Source of the DNA: Owenia fusiformis
Lineage: Eukaryota
Assembly: GCA_903813345.2 (NCBI GenBank)
Contig: CAIIXF020000001.1
Span: forward strand, 33,852,001 to 33,916,000
Reading direction: 5' to 3'
DNA length: 64,000 nt
The notes beneath the pieces are model-generated. The model saw only the letters and a program-made list of their open reading frames with translations. It was not told the DNA's origin and did no database searches. Position 1 is the stretch's first letter. Every line of letters begins with the position of its first letter. The translations under genes and the position numbers were made by a program. Below, piece by piece: positions 51,930 through 64,000 of the stretch.

Positions 51930-52680
51930 TAAAACCCATTTGAATTAGGTTTTACATCTAAAATTCTAAGTTCCATACTACTAAACCATATATATCATCA
52001 TGGAGAGATACATACCTGAAATTCGTTAATGTCAGAAGATATGATATTGTACAATTTGTCAAGTTTTGAACAGGTTTAAAACCTTAAACCTCCTTAAAAC
52101 CCATCTAAATTATGTTTTACATCTTAGTTTCATACTACAAAACCATATATGTTATCATAGAGAGATATATGTAAAAAAAGAATAAGGGCCATTCACAGTT
52201 ATACCTAAAAATTAATAAGTTCAAGACCTGTTATTATACAATTCTTCAATTTTTTATATTGTTTAAACCTTAAGCTTCTTTAAAACCTGTCTAAATTTTG
52301 TTTAACATCTTAGTTCAACACTGCTAAAGCATATATGTTATCAAAAAGGGATAGATGTAAAAAACATAAGGCTCACATAAATACCCAATATTCATTAATA
52401 TCAGCTCTGATATTGTACAATTTGTCAAAATTTGAACTTGTTTAAAACCTTAAACTTCTTTCAAACCTGTCTAAATTTTGTTTTACATCTTAGTTCAACA
52501 CTACTATAGCATATATGACATCAAAAAGGGATAGATGTAAAAAACATAATACCTAAAATTCATTAATATCAGCTCTGATATTGTACAATTTGTGAAAATT
52601 TGAACTTATTTAAAACCTTAAACTTCTTTAAAACCCATCTTGATTATGTTTTATATATTAGCTCCACACTACTAAATCAT
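51930..52680. repeat. Tandem array, ~170-185-bp unit, inverted relative of 45690-46760
   Basis: TGATATTGTACAATT and TTTTACATCTTAGTT anchors are reverse complements of the left array's anchors. Confidence 0.8.
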
Positions 52681-54739
52681 ATATACAGTATATGCCCTGC
52701 CGCTCAAGAGCAATGAATTGTGATTTTTCAGTTGAAACAGCGAAACAAACACATTATCATTATTTTGTTTAACATTTAACAAATAATTTTCTGTTAAACG
52801 AAGTAATTTTTCAAAACATCACTAAATATGAAAAAGTTGTAAATAAAGTGGATCCTTGTGTGAGCCCCATTATTATTTACTTTGCCAAAAAAAAATGAAT
52901 ATAATGGTAAGTGTAATATATAGAAAACATTGAAGAGGTAAAATAGGAATATAATTAATAACAACCGTGATTTTTGCATTAAAATGGCATTTTAAGGTTA
53001 GAAATGTATAATTCTTCAATATTATTGTTTTTAATAAAAATGACCACACCCAAAAGGACTATCATACATATCAATATCAAATTTGCCTCCTATTTCATAT
53101 ACTCGCTGCTATTATTTGAAAAAAAAGATTTTTGTCAAACTCATCTTTTTGCCGGTTGCACCTTGGGGCAAGCCGTTTAGCCCTTTCGTGTCACTTTTAT
53201 GAGTGCAGACAAGTAAAAATGAATAGTCAATGAACCAATCTATAATGACTATGGGTCAAATCATAGTAACCTACCTCAACATCAGTTAATGGGATTTTTG
53301 GCGCACACTAATCATTACATACATGTTCACCTGTTGAGGACTTTACCATTTACTTATTATGGAGGGGTTTAACAGGGAGGGGTCAACAAAACTATTAGAT
53401 TTTGATAGTTTTGAAGTTTACAACAGATTATCTAGTCATTAATCAGCTTTTGGAAAGTTTACTAGTATAACATATTGATTTTATCTCGATGTACATTAGA
53501 TGTTCAAGAGACCAATAAACTTGTTTATTAATTATTGAGGGGTTTAACAGGGGTTCACAAAAAATATAAAAAATATTAGATTTTGATATTTTGAAGTTTT
53601 TTTGGAAAGGTTATTAATATTAGTATGCCATATTGATTTTATCTGTTTAATTGGAACTAAGATCGTCTGTTTGACTATATTTTGCATTCAAAATGATAAA
53701 AAATAATGGTTCCATTTAGTTCACTTTCTTTTAACATCATCTTGTTTTTCGTTGATCTACCAATTGTTAATGATATGTTTAAATGATAAAACATATATTC
53801 CTACATACGTTTTCACCCGTTGAGGACCTGTCAACATTACCGTTTACTTATCATTGAGGGGTTTAACAGAGGTCCATAATAATGAGAAATTAGATATTGA
53901 CACTTTTGAAGTTAACAACGAATTTTCCACTTATGAATCGGCTTTTGGAAAGGTCATTAGCATGATATATTGATTTTATCTGTTTAATTGAAAATATGTC
54001 TGACTATATTTTGCATTCAACATGATTAAAAATAATGGTCCATTTAGTTCACTTTCTTTGAACACAATCTTGTTTTCGTTGATCTGCAAATTGTTTCTGC
54101 CTATATTCCTACATACGTTTTTACCTATTGAACACTGAAACTGAGCACTGTTTACATTTTAAAATCTTGGAAAAAGCATTTGATCGCATATAATATTGCA
54201 TTTAAATCATAATCTAAGATGAGTTTGGAATTAATCCCCCCCCTATTATAAAAATGGATTTTAACATCAATAAAACATATGATATGAAGTGGGGTGAAAG
54301 GATATATGATTTTTGCGATACAGGCTCTACAAGCAAATAACTTTAGTAATAGAAAAGCGTTTACCCTGATTATTTTATTTAGTAGAAAATAGGCTGTCCC
54401 ATGAGGCAATGCTAGAACCCAAACTTTCTATTGAAATTAATTAATACCGTCTCGCCCCATATTTTTTCTTGAATAGGTATTCTGTCATATCCAGCTCCTG
54501 ATCATCCAGTATTTGTTTAATATTGCCCGCAGAAATGACGTTATTAGAATTTTTGTTCAGGTCGATATAGTAACATAAATGCCACCTAAACTAGCACTAA
54601 TACCCCTAAAACATTCCCCGCAAGGTGGTAATAATAGTAACTGATCCGAGAACTGTCCACAAAAATTTTAATCTTTTTGAATTAATCTTGAATTAAATCT
54701 TCAATAAATGAAAATCTGAACCACTTAAAGATATTCAAA

Positions 54740-55342
54740 AAATTCAGTGTGCCATGTTTATAGTATTCACATACCAGAGATGATCAAAATCGCTCCACAA
54801 CTTTTCGAGTTCTAGTAAAATACGTTAAAATGGCGGTTATGTTTAAAATAGCGGCCTTCTACCAAAAATGTCATTAGACAGTGTGACATGCTTATAGTAT
54901 TCACATAGCAAATATGAACGAAATCACTCCACTACTTTTCAAGTTACAGCAAAAATCGTAAAATAACGAGTAAAGGCCACCATTTTTCAAGATGGCTGCC
55001 ATGTGCTTCTTTAATATCTACATTTCTAGCTTTATTAATGTCCTATATAAATTTTTTTCATTTAAAAGATATTGCTATTACATTTTTACATATTGCACCT
55101 AAATTACTGTAAAATCAGCTTTCGAGCAGAACTTCTACCCCCATAGGGTATATGTGTACAAAATATGAACAAAATCGGGCCAACGGTATTTGAGTTATTA
55201 CCTGAACGGATGTACGGACGGACGTCATTTGTTATTGCTGCATTAGTTTCTTCATTCATTGTCTTCGGACGGACGGACGGACAGACGGACGGACGGAGGC
55301 CCGTTCCATATATCCCTCCGAACTTCGTTCAATGGGATAACT
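54740..55342 (+). mobile_element. Helentron-like element (same family as 15560-16240)
   Basis: Inverted homology to 15560-16240; (GGAC)n tract; terminal CCGAACTTCGTTCAATGGGATAAC. Confidence 0.7.
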
Positions 55343-57783
55343 ATTAATTAATTTAAATTGTTAGGGCATAATACTAAGCTTATAAAGTAAAAATTTGATT
55401 AGTTACACCAATCATTGTGATTTTAGAGCCTATTGTTATCTCATTTTACAGTCAACGTATTTATAAAAGTCTACACTTATTTAATGCCTGTTTATAATGA
55501 TACCGACATTACTGTAATATTGAAATCATATAAGTAATAAAGATCCCCAAGTGGAGGTCAATGTCCAATCCCCCCATTTGTGACATTGCGTTATACGAAT
55601 TAGGTTGAAGACATCAGGATGAAACCTGTTTTCATAATTTATACACCTCAATGATGTAATTTAATCGTAACAATGTACCAGCTTTTCATCTAAGAACTAT
55701 CCGGAAAATATTTAATATTTGTAAAATAGACCCCTGCTGAAATCGTTCATAAATGAAGTTCTGTAACTTTGTATGGTGCTCAAAAATTCATAAATGGTCA
55801 ATGCTATAATCCTAATTAAAAAAAGCAAATTAAAAACATTAGGCTGTAACAATAAGCTTTAAAAAATTATCTAGTGTTTGATGAGTTATACATGTACCTC
55901 CCACTGTGAACATGGATTCCATTTTGATCTAATTTTTCAGTTGAAATTTTACATTATGCTCTTGATATGTAATAATTCATGCTTTTTGTACGTATTTATT
56001 ATCTATTCTCAAGAAATCTTTGAAAATGATTATTTCTTTAAAAAATGGACCCCTGCTTAAATCTCAGATAAATAATAAACGGTAATGTTGTGTGATCCTC
56101 AACAAGCAATACCATATTCAGTGATATTAAATCTATCAATATAATCTATAAAAATGATTGGAACTTGAACAGGAGGTAATTTTCAAATATTTGTCAATTC
56201 CTTTATCACTAATTATATGTTACGTACATATTCATTGATGCGTGCTATTAATGTTCGAGCTTGTTCGGTCAACCTGTCCTTGAATGTAATAAATACTGTA
56301 TAATCATTGTAAACATAAAAAGTATTATAGTCTTTAGTGTCCTAAACATTGTACCCCTAATAAAACATTCTAGATTCTATGAGCATGTATTTTTGAAGTT
56401 ATTAATTATATCAATCATACGAGTGAACGAAATAAACGTATCAAACAAAAAGGATCCATCGTTGACACACACATTCCGTGAACTCTATATGATACTCAAA
56501 TTAATCAATTTGATGCTTCAAGGTTGACATATAGAGATTTTGTTGGGACCGCCCTCAGTGATGTTTCAATACTATATTATCAAAACGATGTTCAATCAAC
56601 AAAGACCATATCAATAAGTTCCTTTTCTGGAATATATTGATGGCAATTTCATTCCCAATTTGTATATTACCTTGAAGTAAATTATGTCTGAAATCTGACA
56701 AAAAGTGCGAGGCGTATTTTTCATACGCTCTCTACATCTTTCACATTTACACAAAGAGTACACTAAACCAGAAAAGAGCGTAGTGAACGTTGTGGATATT
56801 TTTATATGTATAAAAATTGGAAAATAAAGTTACCGACTTATTTTGTATTTTTAAAAAGTAAGTCACTGGATTTTCTCGTTTTCATACATTTTATAAACGA
56901 AATATTGTCCACACTCTTTTCTCGCTACAATAGTGCAGTCTTTATGCAAAACTGAAAGTTGTAGACAACATGGGAAAGAGGTCCATAATTCAAAGTAATG
57001 TGTGGCTTCGTTAAAATTAGACTGTATAAAAATTCCCAAAGAACACATCTACCTTAAAGTTGCTTGGGAGATTAAGAACGTGTTTCCGTGACTAACTTGG
57101 GGTCTGTTTTGAGAGAAAGTCCCTGAAATGAGAAATTCACAAAAATCGAGAGGATCACATTCTGCTCAATTTTGTTCATGACATTGCTAATGCGCATAAA
57201 CATTACTAAGTACACCATGCTACACCGTTGTGTTACAATGTAGGTACATACAATTAATGTAGTTACGTGTATAATACATAATACAACTTAATATCTTTAA
57301 CGAGACTCTTCCATACTTTTTTTAAAAAACTTTTCAAAAGCAGTACTAGTTTTAATATGTATTCAGTCATAAATCACGTCAACACAGCTAAAGTGCAATA
57401 TTTTGACAGACGTTGTCACCCATTAATGCCAAGACATGTCATGAGCACGTACAATCAAAATATTTGTGCGTCAATCAAGCCGTGAAAATAAGCAATCAAT
57501 ATCAAAATATAAGAAAGCCCAAGATACATTGTATTTGTAAAAAAGGGAACGTTACATAATGCCTGGTTCATATTTGCTGCGATTCATCGGTCGGCCCTCG
57601 GCCAATTGAGTATTTTGTTTCAAACAAATGTATTTTATTGCGTTTGAGTCACGTAGTACGAATTAGCAAGAACATGATTTCTATTTGATCGTTTAACGTT
57701 ATGAAAATAGAACGGTAATTGTAAATGCAGTATTACTGAGTGAACGGATTATGTATTAGTGAATAAGATCACTTCGGCTCTAA

Positions 57784-59210
57784 AGGTACGTTCACACCAA
57801 CAGCGCTTTGATGGCGCTTTAAAGCGGCTTGTAAAGCGGCACCAAAGCGTAACAAAGCTTGATTAAAGCGTCGGGGTCGTAATAGGTCGTAGATAAGCTC
57901 GGGAGTAAAGCGGGATATTCGGCAAGAGCGCTAAATTTTTTTAACTGTTTAAGTGTTCGCACCAACGGCGCTTTGATGGCGCTTTAAAGCAGCTTGTAAA
58001 GCGGCACCAAAGCGTAACAAAGCTTGATTAAAGCGTCGGGGTCGTAATAGGTCGTAGAAAAGTTCGGAGTAAAGCGGGATATTCGGCAAGAGCGCCAAAA
58101 AATTTTAAACTGTTTAAACATTTTGGGCGTTCTGTTACGAATTGATTAAAGCGCCGAGAGCGTATCAAAGCTTAAAAAACCGTAACAAAGCTCAGCAAAG
58201 CTTGACCCAAAGCGTAGGAAAGCTTAACAGAGCTTGGTTCAAAGCGTGGACCCCAGTCTCTTCATGGTCTGTTACCACTTTACACGCTTCGTTAAGATGT
58301 CTCAGGATTTGTTACGATCTGGCATGAAGATCTGACACGAGGTCAGACGCTTTCATCAATATCTGACACTCTTTGTTATGCTTTCATGAAGGACTCTCAA
58401 GCTTTCCAACAAATTGAGACGCTTACATCAAGAATTGAAACGCTTTGTTATGCTTTGTTACACTTGACAAGCTTTCTCATGCTCTCTCACGCTATTTCAC
58501 GCCGTGTGTCAAACGTCATGTCTAATTCAGATAGGTCATGCTCTGGTCCATCTGGAATTTACGGATCTTGTTGTTCTGCCATCGTGTTCTCGAGTCAAAG
58601 ATGCAATGGTTTTATGGATCTACTGCATCTTTATAGTCATTGGATCAAAAGCGGCATGAAATCGGCGATCTCGACATTTTCCAATGCGTGATTGAGCTTA
58701 ACAGAGCGTAACAATGCACAACAGAGCTTGGCAATCGTATCAGAGCCTGATTTAAAGCGTCATAATCGCATCCAAGCGTAATAATGCTTATCAAAGCGTG
58801 ATTTCAAGCGTAACAAAGCCTGATCAAAGCGGGATCAAAGCGTGAGGAACCTATTAGAGCTCTGTTAAGCTTTCCTACGCTTTGGATCAAGCTTTTCTGA
58901 GCTTTGTTACGGTTTGTTGGGCTTTGATACGCTCTCGGTGCTTTAATCAATTCGTAACAGAGCGCCCAAATTTTTTAAAAAGTTTCAAATTTTTTGGCGC
59001 TCTTGCCGAATATTCGGCTTTACTCTGAGCTTTTTTACGACCTATTACGACCCCGACGCTTTAATCAAGCTTTGTTACGCTTTGGTGCCGCTTTACAAGC
59101 CGCTTTAAAGCGCCATCAAAGCGCCGTTGGTATGAAGAAAAATGACAAAAATGACGGCGCTTTGCTCGCCGATTTAAAGCGTGGCATTCGCCGTTGGTGT
59201 GAACGTAGCT
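57784..59210. mobile_element. PIF/Harbinger-type MITE copy 1, 1,427 bp
   Basis: TAA|AGGTACGTTCACACC ... GGTGTGAACGTAGCT|TAA (3-bp TSD); long internal inverted repeats rich in AAAGCG. Confidence 0.9.
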
Positions 59211-60856
59211 TAAGCGGCGAGATAAACTAAGTCTATGTCTTTAAAATGTTTATGAACAAACCTTTTTCCTTAACCTTTTTAGCATCATGTTCTCAACAGA
59301 ATAATAATGGGCATTAAAGAGTCTGTGATGCTAAAGATAAAAAAGGTTTTACAGGTGGTCGAAAAGTTTTTAATTTTGAAAATGATATGTTATTAATACA
59401 TTATCGAGTAAGCTAATCAATTGTCCATTATAAACATTTTTGTATATTTTCCAGCGGCGACGCAGCCGCAGAGCCACATTTAGTCAACCAGCATATATAT
59501 ACGATAACAGTAGTATAGTGTGCGTATTTCATGGTTCCGTCCTATAGGACCCGATGATGAAATCTGATGAAATACGGGATTCCCCAACGTTTCTCGATCG
59601 TACCCCAACGTAATACGGGATTCCCTAACGTTCAGACGATTTCCGAACGTTTTAGTGACGCAAGAGTTGACTTCCGTGGATGACTGATTGGTCGCTTGAC
59701 TTCCGGAGTGAGGTCAGTGTGAATTTTCTCGGATGAGAAGCTCTCAAATACGAATGATACAGTTTCGTAAAAGTAAAACGATTCTCGAACGTTTAGACGA
59801 TATCCAAACGTCTTTTTGACGTCAGTGTTCCGAGGATGATTGATACTCTCCGATCGTTCGGTTGACTTTCGGAGACAATTGATAAGATAATAAAACCAAA
59901 TGACAAATGATTTATCTGTTACCTATTACCTCTATAAAAAGTGACTATATAGCCTAGATTATAAAATACAAAATGGATAGAGGTTTGGCACTCATTACAA
60001 TGAATATGGAAATAGATAGAAACGTTGTTACTACATATTTGTTCTTTGTTTGCCTAGTATGGGAATACCATCACAGCAAGAAATCTGTATGTCACATATC
60101 AACATCCTACCAACGTTTCTCGAACGTATTCTCCGACGCCGGGTGAAATACAAGATTTCTTACACCCCCACAGTTCCAACGCCCCCATCCCTGGTCATAT
60201 AGGACCTACTGGATGATAATGTTCAACGTTCTCGAACGTATTCTCCAATGCTGGATGAAATACGAGATTTCCTACACCCCCACACTTCCGTTACCCCGAC
60301 AAACTATGGACTTTACTTTCTACATTCCAAAATTAGGCAATGGAACAAAGTCGTAAAGCTGGCATGCGAAATTCTCTGTCATTTTTAAAGACATAATAGG
60401 ATACTTTTGCTTTGATTTTGAATAGGCAAAACGTTTGTAATGCGTTTCAGAGTATTCGCTTCGTCATGTATTCTCTAAACTATTGATGTATAAGCTAGCT
60501 AAACACATAAATAATTTGATCATTCTTGGCATATATCTGAAGATTAATTACCCAAATATAACTATTTTGGTCCCAGTTCTCACTTCAAAATCATTAAAAT
60601 AAGTATACAGTCTCACAACAGCGGGACAATAATGTGTTATAAAGTTCTGAAGAAATCTGATATTTTACAAAAATAAAGAATCCTTAACGAAGTGGCGAGA
60701 TTCATGTAGAAAAGAATCAAGACAATTCTTTCACATATGACTAGTCTAAGATGTATTGTTGTTTAGACTCGATAAAATGGAAGATACTTACTTAAATTTT
60801 ACAAGCAATAGTCAGCGTTTCTATGGATTGAAAATCCCTATAGTGAAATGGATATA

Positions 60857-61732
60857 CACTCCCCTCCATAAGTTTGGCAACCTTTTTTCCCCCATTGAAC
60901 TACGTGTTAAAGCCTCTTTACATTTGAATTTTTATTTACTTAAGCTGCGATGAAAATACTTATACTATTGATGGAAACGTAATTTGACTTTAATTCCAAT
61001 ACCTCTAAATTTTTTCAATTTTTTTCCTCAATTACAATAGGTTGAAAATTGATGATAAATTTGATGAATTTTTGAAAATCGTCATTCCCATGTAATCCAA
61101 TGGGAAATGGAGGGTTCGGGGCAAATCAGAAATCAGGATATCTTTTCAGTAAAAGATTCAGCAAAAAATATTTTTATATAGAAAATTGAATTGTCTAACT
61201 TTTTTGAACACTGATGGTTTAGTTTATTTGATGAATATTAAAGTTACAGCGCTTCAAAGTCATTTTTGAAAAGAATTTTTCGCCTCCTGTGTTATTTCAA
61301 TGGGAGAGGTTTTTTGAAAAACAATTTTGACTTTAAAGCCCTATAACTTTGTTGAATCTGAAGAAACATATCAATTTTTTGTTAAATAAATTTAGCAAAT
61401 TCAATTACCTGCCTAACTCGTATTTTTTGCAAGGACTCGGATGGATGGATAGTCTGTGATATGACTTGCGGCAAACCTACCATTTCCCATTGGTTAACAT
61501 GGGAATGTCGATTTTCAAAAATTCATCAAATTCATCATCAATTTTCGACCTACTGTAATTGAGGAAAAAAATTGAGAAAATTTAGAGGTATTGGAATTAA
61601 AGTTAAATTACGTTTCCATCAATAGTATAAGTATTTTCATCGCAGCTTAAGTAAATAAAAATTCAAAGGTAAAGAGGCTTTAACACGTAGTTCAATGGGG
61701 GAAAAAGGTTGCCAAACTTATGGAGGGGAGTG
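60857..61732. mobile_element. Tc1/mariner-type MITE, 876 bp, ~250-bp near-perfect TIRs
   Basis: TA|CACTCCCCTCCATAAGTTTGGCAACC ... GGTTGCCAAACTTATGGAGGGGAGTG|TA. Confidence 0.9.
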
Positions 61733-62105
61733 TATGTACATTAAATGACACGGGTTATTACAGCAAACATTAAAAAATATATTTCTTCGTATGTACACTA
61801 CATGCTCGGATTTTTTTGTTTTTCTTAGCGTAGTATGGAAAATACCATCACAACAGTAAATCCGGAGGTCAAAGCAACCCACATTAACATAATACGACAG
61901 CCTACGTCACTCAATGTATATCCTGGCTGTTTTGCCCATCCAATGCTTTCACAGAGTTAACTTCCGCAATGATATAAATAGATGTCAGTGTGATTAAGTA
62001 CAGAAAGTTAAAAATTCGATTCCTCAATATAATATTATATATAAGGCTGATAATAGTTTCAACGCATTTCTTCCCCGTTCACATTACTATAGACATCACA
62101 GGACC

Positions 62106-63910
62106 ATGAAGCTGGTACCCTATGTAGACAACGCGGAAAAGTGGCACAGGTTAATCAAAGCAGCCAGAGAGAATAGACTGTCGACGCAAGTAGGCTTCGG
62201 AAAAAATCGTGCGAGCTACAGGTACGTTCACACCAACGGCGAATGCCACGCTTTAAATCGGCGAGCAAAGCGCCGTCATTTTTGTCATTTTTCTTCATAC
62301 CAACGGCGCTTTGATGGCGCTTTAAAGCGGCTTGTAAAGCGGCACCAAAGCGTAACAAAGTTTGATTAAAGCGTCGGGGTCGTAATAGGTCGTAGAAAAG
62401 CTCAGAGTAAAACGGGATATTCGGCAAGAGCGCCAAAAAATTTTAAACTCTTAAAAAATTTTGGGCGCTCTGTTACGAATCGATTAAGCGCCGAGAGCGT
62501 ATCAAAGCTTAACAAACCGTAACAAAGCTCAGAAAAACTTGATCCAAAGCGTAGGAAAGCTTAACATAGCTCTAAAAGGTTCCTCACGCTTTGATCCCGC
62601 TTTGATCAGGCTTTGTTACGCTTGAAATCACGCTTTGAAAAGCTTTGATAAGCATTATTACGCTTTGATGCGATTATGACGCTTTAAATCAGGCTCTGAT
62701 ACGATTGCAAAACTCTGTTGTGCATTGTTACGCTCTGTTAAGCTCTGTCACGCATTGGAAAATGTCGAGATCGCCGATTCCATGCCGCTTTTGATCCAAT
62801 GACTATATAAAGATGCAGTAGATCCATAAAACCATTGCATCTTTGACTCGAGAACACGATGGCAGAACAACGAGATCCAGAAATTCCAGATGGACCAGAG
62901 CATGACCTATCTGAAGAAGACATGACGTTTGTCGCACGGCGTGATATAGCGTGTGAAAACTTTCAAGCGTAACAAAGCCTAGCAAAGCGTTTCAATCCTT
63001 GATTAAAGCGTCTCAATTCGTTGGAAAGCTTGAGAGTCCCTCAGGAAAGTGTAACAAAGAGTGTCAGATATTGATGAAAGCGTCTGACCTCGTGTCAGAT
63101 CTTCATGCCAGATTGTAGCAAATCTTGAGACATCTTAACGAAGCGTGTCAAGTGGTAACAGACCGTGAATAGACTGGGGTCCCCGCTTTGAACCAAGCTG
63201 TGTTAAGCTTTCCTACGCTTTGAGTCAAGCTTTGTTGAGCTTTGTTACGGTTTGTTAAGCTTTGATACGCTTTCGGCGCTTCAATCAATTCGTAACAGAG
63301 CGCCCAAAATTTTTAAACAGTTTAACATTTTTTGGCGCTCTTGCCGAATATCACGCTTTACTCCGAACTTTTCTACGACCTATTACGATCCCGACGCTTT
63401 AATCAAGCTTTGTTACGCTTTGGTGCCGCTTTACAATCCGCTTTAAAGCGCCATCAAAGCGCCGTTGGTGCGAACGCTTAAACAGTTTAAATTTTTTAGC
63501 GCTCTTGCCGAATATCCCGCTTTACTCCCGAGCTTTTCTACGACCTATTACGACCCCAACGCTTTAATTAAGCTTTGTTACGCTTTGGTGCCGCTTTACA
63601 AGCCGCTTTAAAGCGCCATCAAAGCGCCGTTGGTGTGAACGTACCATACGTACCTGTCAGCGCCATCAAAGAACCCGTTCGGGTGGTATCTCCGATGCAA
63701 GCAGTTGTTGACAGAGCTAAAGCCCAAATAGAGCATCAAAAGAAGAAGGTGGAAGAAAATGATCCCTATCATACTAAGGTGTACAAACTTAAGAAACCGC
63801 GTAAAGATGCTGTTTCCAAAGCAGTGTTTAAGAAGAAAAACATTAGAAAAACCAGATTGGACTTGTATAGACCACCAGGTATCTCTGCGAGAGGGAGGAA
63901 AATGAAATAG
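62106..63910 (+). pseudogene. 124-aa basic protein (62106-62219 + 63650-63910) interrupted by Harbinger MITE copy 2; resembles a small Polinton/adintovirus accessory protein
   Basis: Removing the MITE and one TAC TSD restores MKLVPYVDNAEKWHRLIKAARENRLSTQVGFGKNRASY-VPVSAIKEPVRVVSPMQAVVDRAKAQIEH...YRPPGISARGRKMK in one frame. Confidence 0.65.
62220..63646. mobile_element. PIF/Harbinger-type MITE copy 2, 1,427 bp, inverted relative to copy 1
   Basis: TAC|AGGTACGTTCACACC ... GGTGTGAACGTACCA|TAC; reverse-complement match to 57784-59210. Confidence 0.9.
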
Positions 63911-64000
63911 GACTGATATAATTGTCATTTTTCTATTTTTTAGAAAAACCAGATTGGACTTGTATAGACCACCAGGTATCCCTGCGAGAGGGAGGAAAAT
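63844..64000. repeat. Direct repeat of at least 60 bp, period 97 bp, running off the window
   Basis: TAGAAAAACCAGATTGGACTTGTATAGACCACCAGGTATC at 63844 and 63941. Confidence 0.85.

Larger units (their letters stand above)
59509..64000. mobile_element. Probable left part of a Maverick/Polinton element
   Basis: Begins AGTAGTATAGT followed by ~800 bp of short internal repeats (AACGTT, GACTTCCG, ATACGGGATTCCC); downstream small basic ORF of Polinton-like character. No pPolB, integrase or capsid seen. Confidence 0.45.

Noticed and set aside
60778..62100. Polinton minor capsid-like relic ('MEDTYLNFTSNS..')
   Set aside because: Removing the Tc1 MITE does not restore an open frame; similarity is only impressionistic.
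57784..63646. Single composite transposon bounded by the two Harbinger copies
   Set aside because: The outer flanks differ (TAA vs TAC) and each copy has its own TSD.

Overview
AT-rich, repeat-saturated eukaryotic DNA; the transposon repertoire suggests a marine invertebrate (inference). Most ORFs in the supplied track are spurious. The only host-gene signal is two + strand exons of a PDE4/dunce-type cAMP phosphodiesterase (123 nt and 183 nt). The first is split by a 1,889-bp Mutator-like element with a 9-bp TSD, whose right TIR happens to offer an in-frame 3' splice site. The rest is a nest of mobile DNA: (1) an intact 304-aa DIRS-type tyrosine recombinase ORF cut off from its RT/RNase H by a repeat-rich transposon end; (2) a decayed DIRS-like element; (3) a young non-coding element with split direct repeats (PAT/Ngaro/TOC1 layout); (4) a 4.1-kb CAC-ended element with a 5-bp TSD (Transib/RAG-like signature) whose two TIRs each carry an inward-facing ATG exon; (5) a probable Maverick/Polinton left end; (6) two inverted 1,427-bp PIF/Harbinger-type MITEs; (7) Tc1-type, Kolobok-type and Helentron-like MITEs, a LINE 3' end and several minisatellite arrays. 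All calls come from reading the sequence by eye; no database search was run, and coordinates described as approximate may be off by tens of bases.
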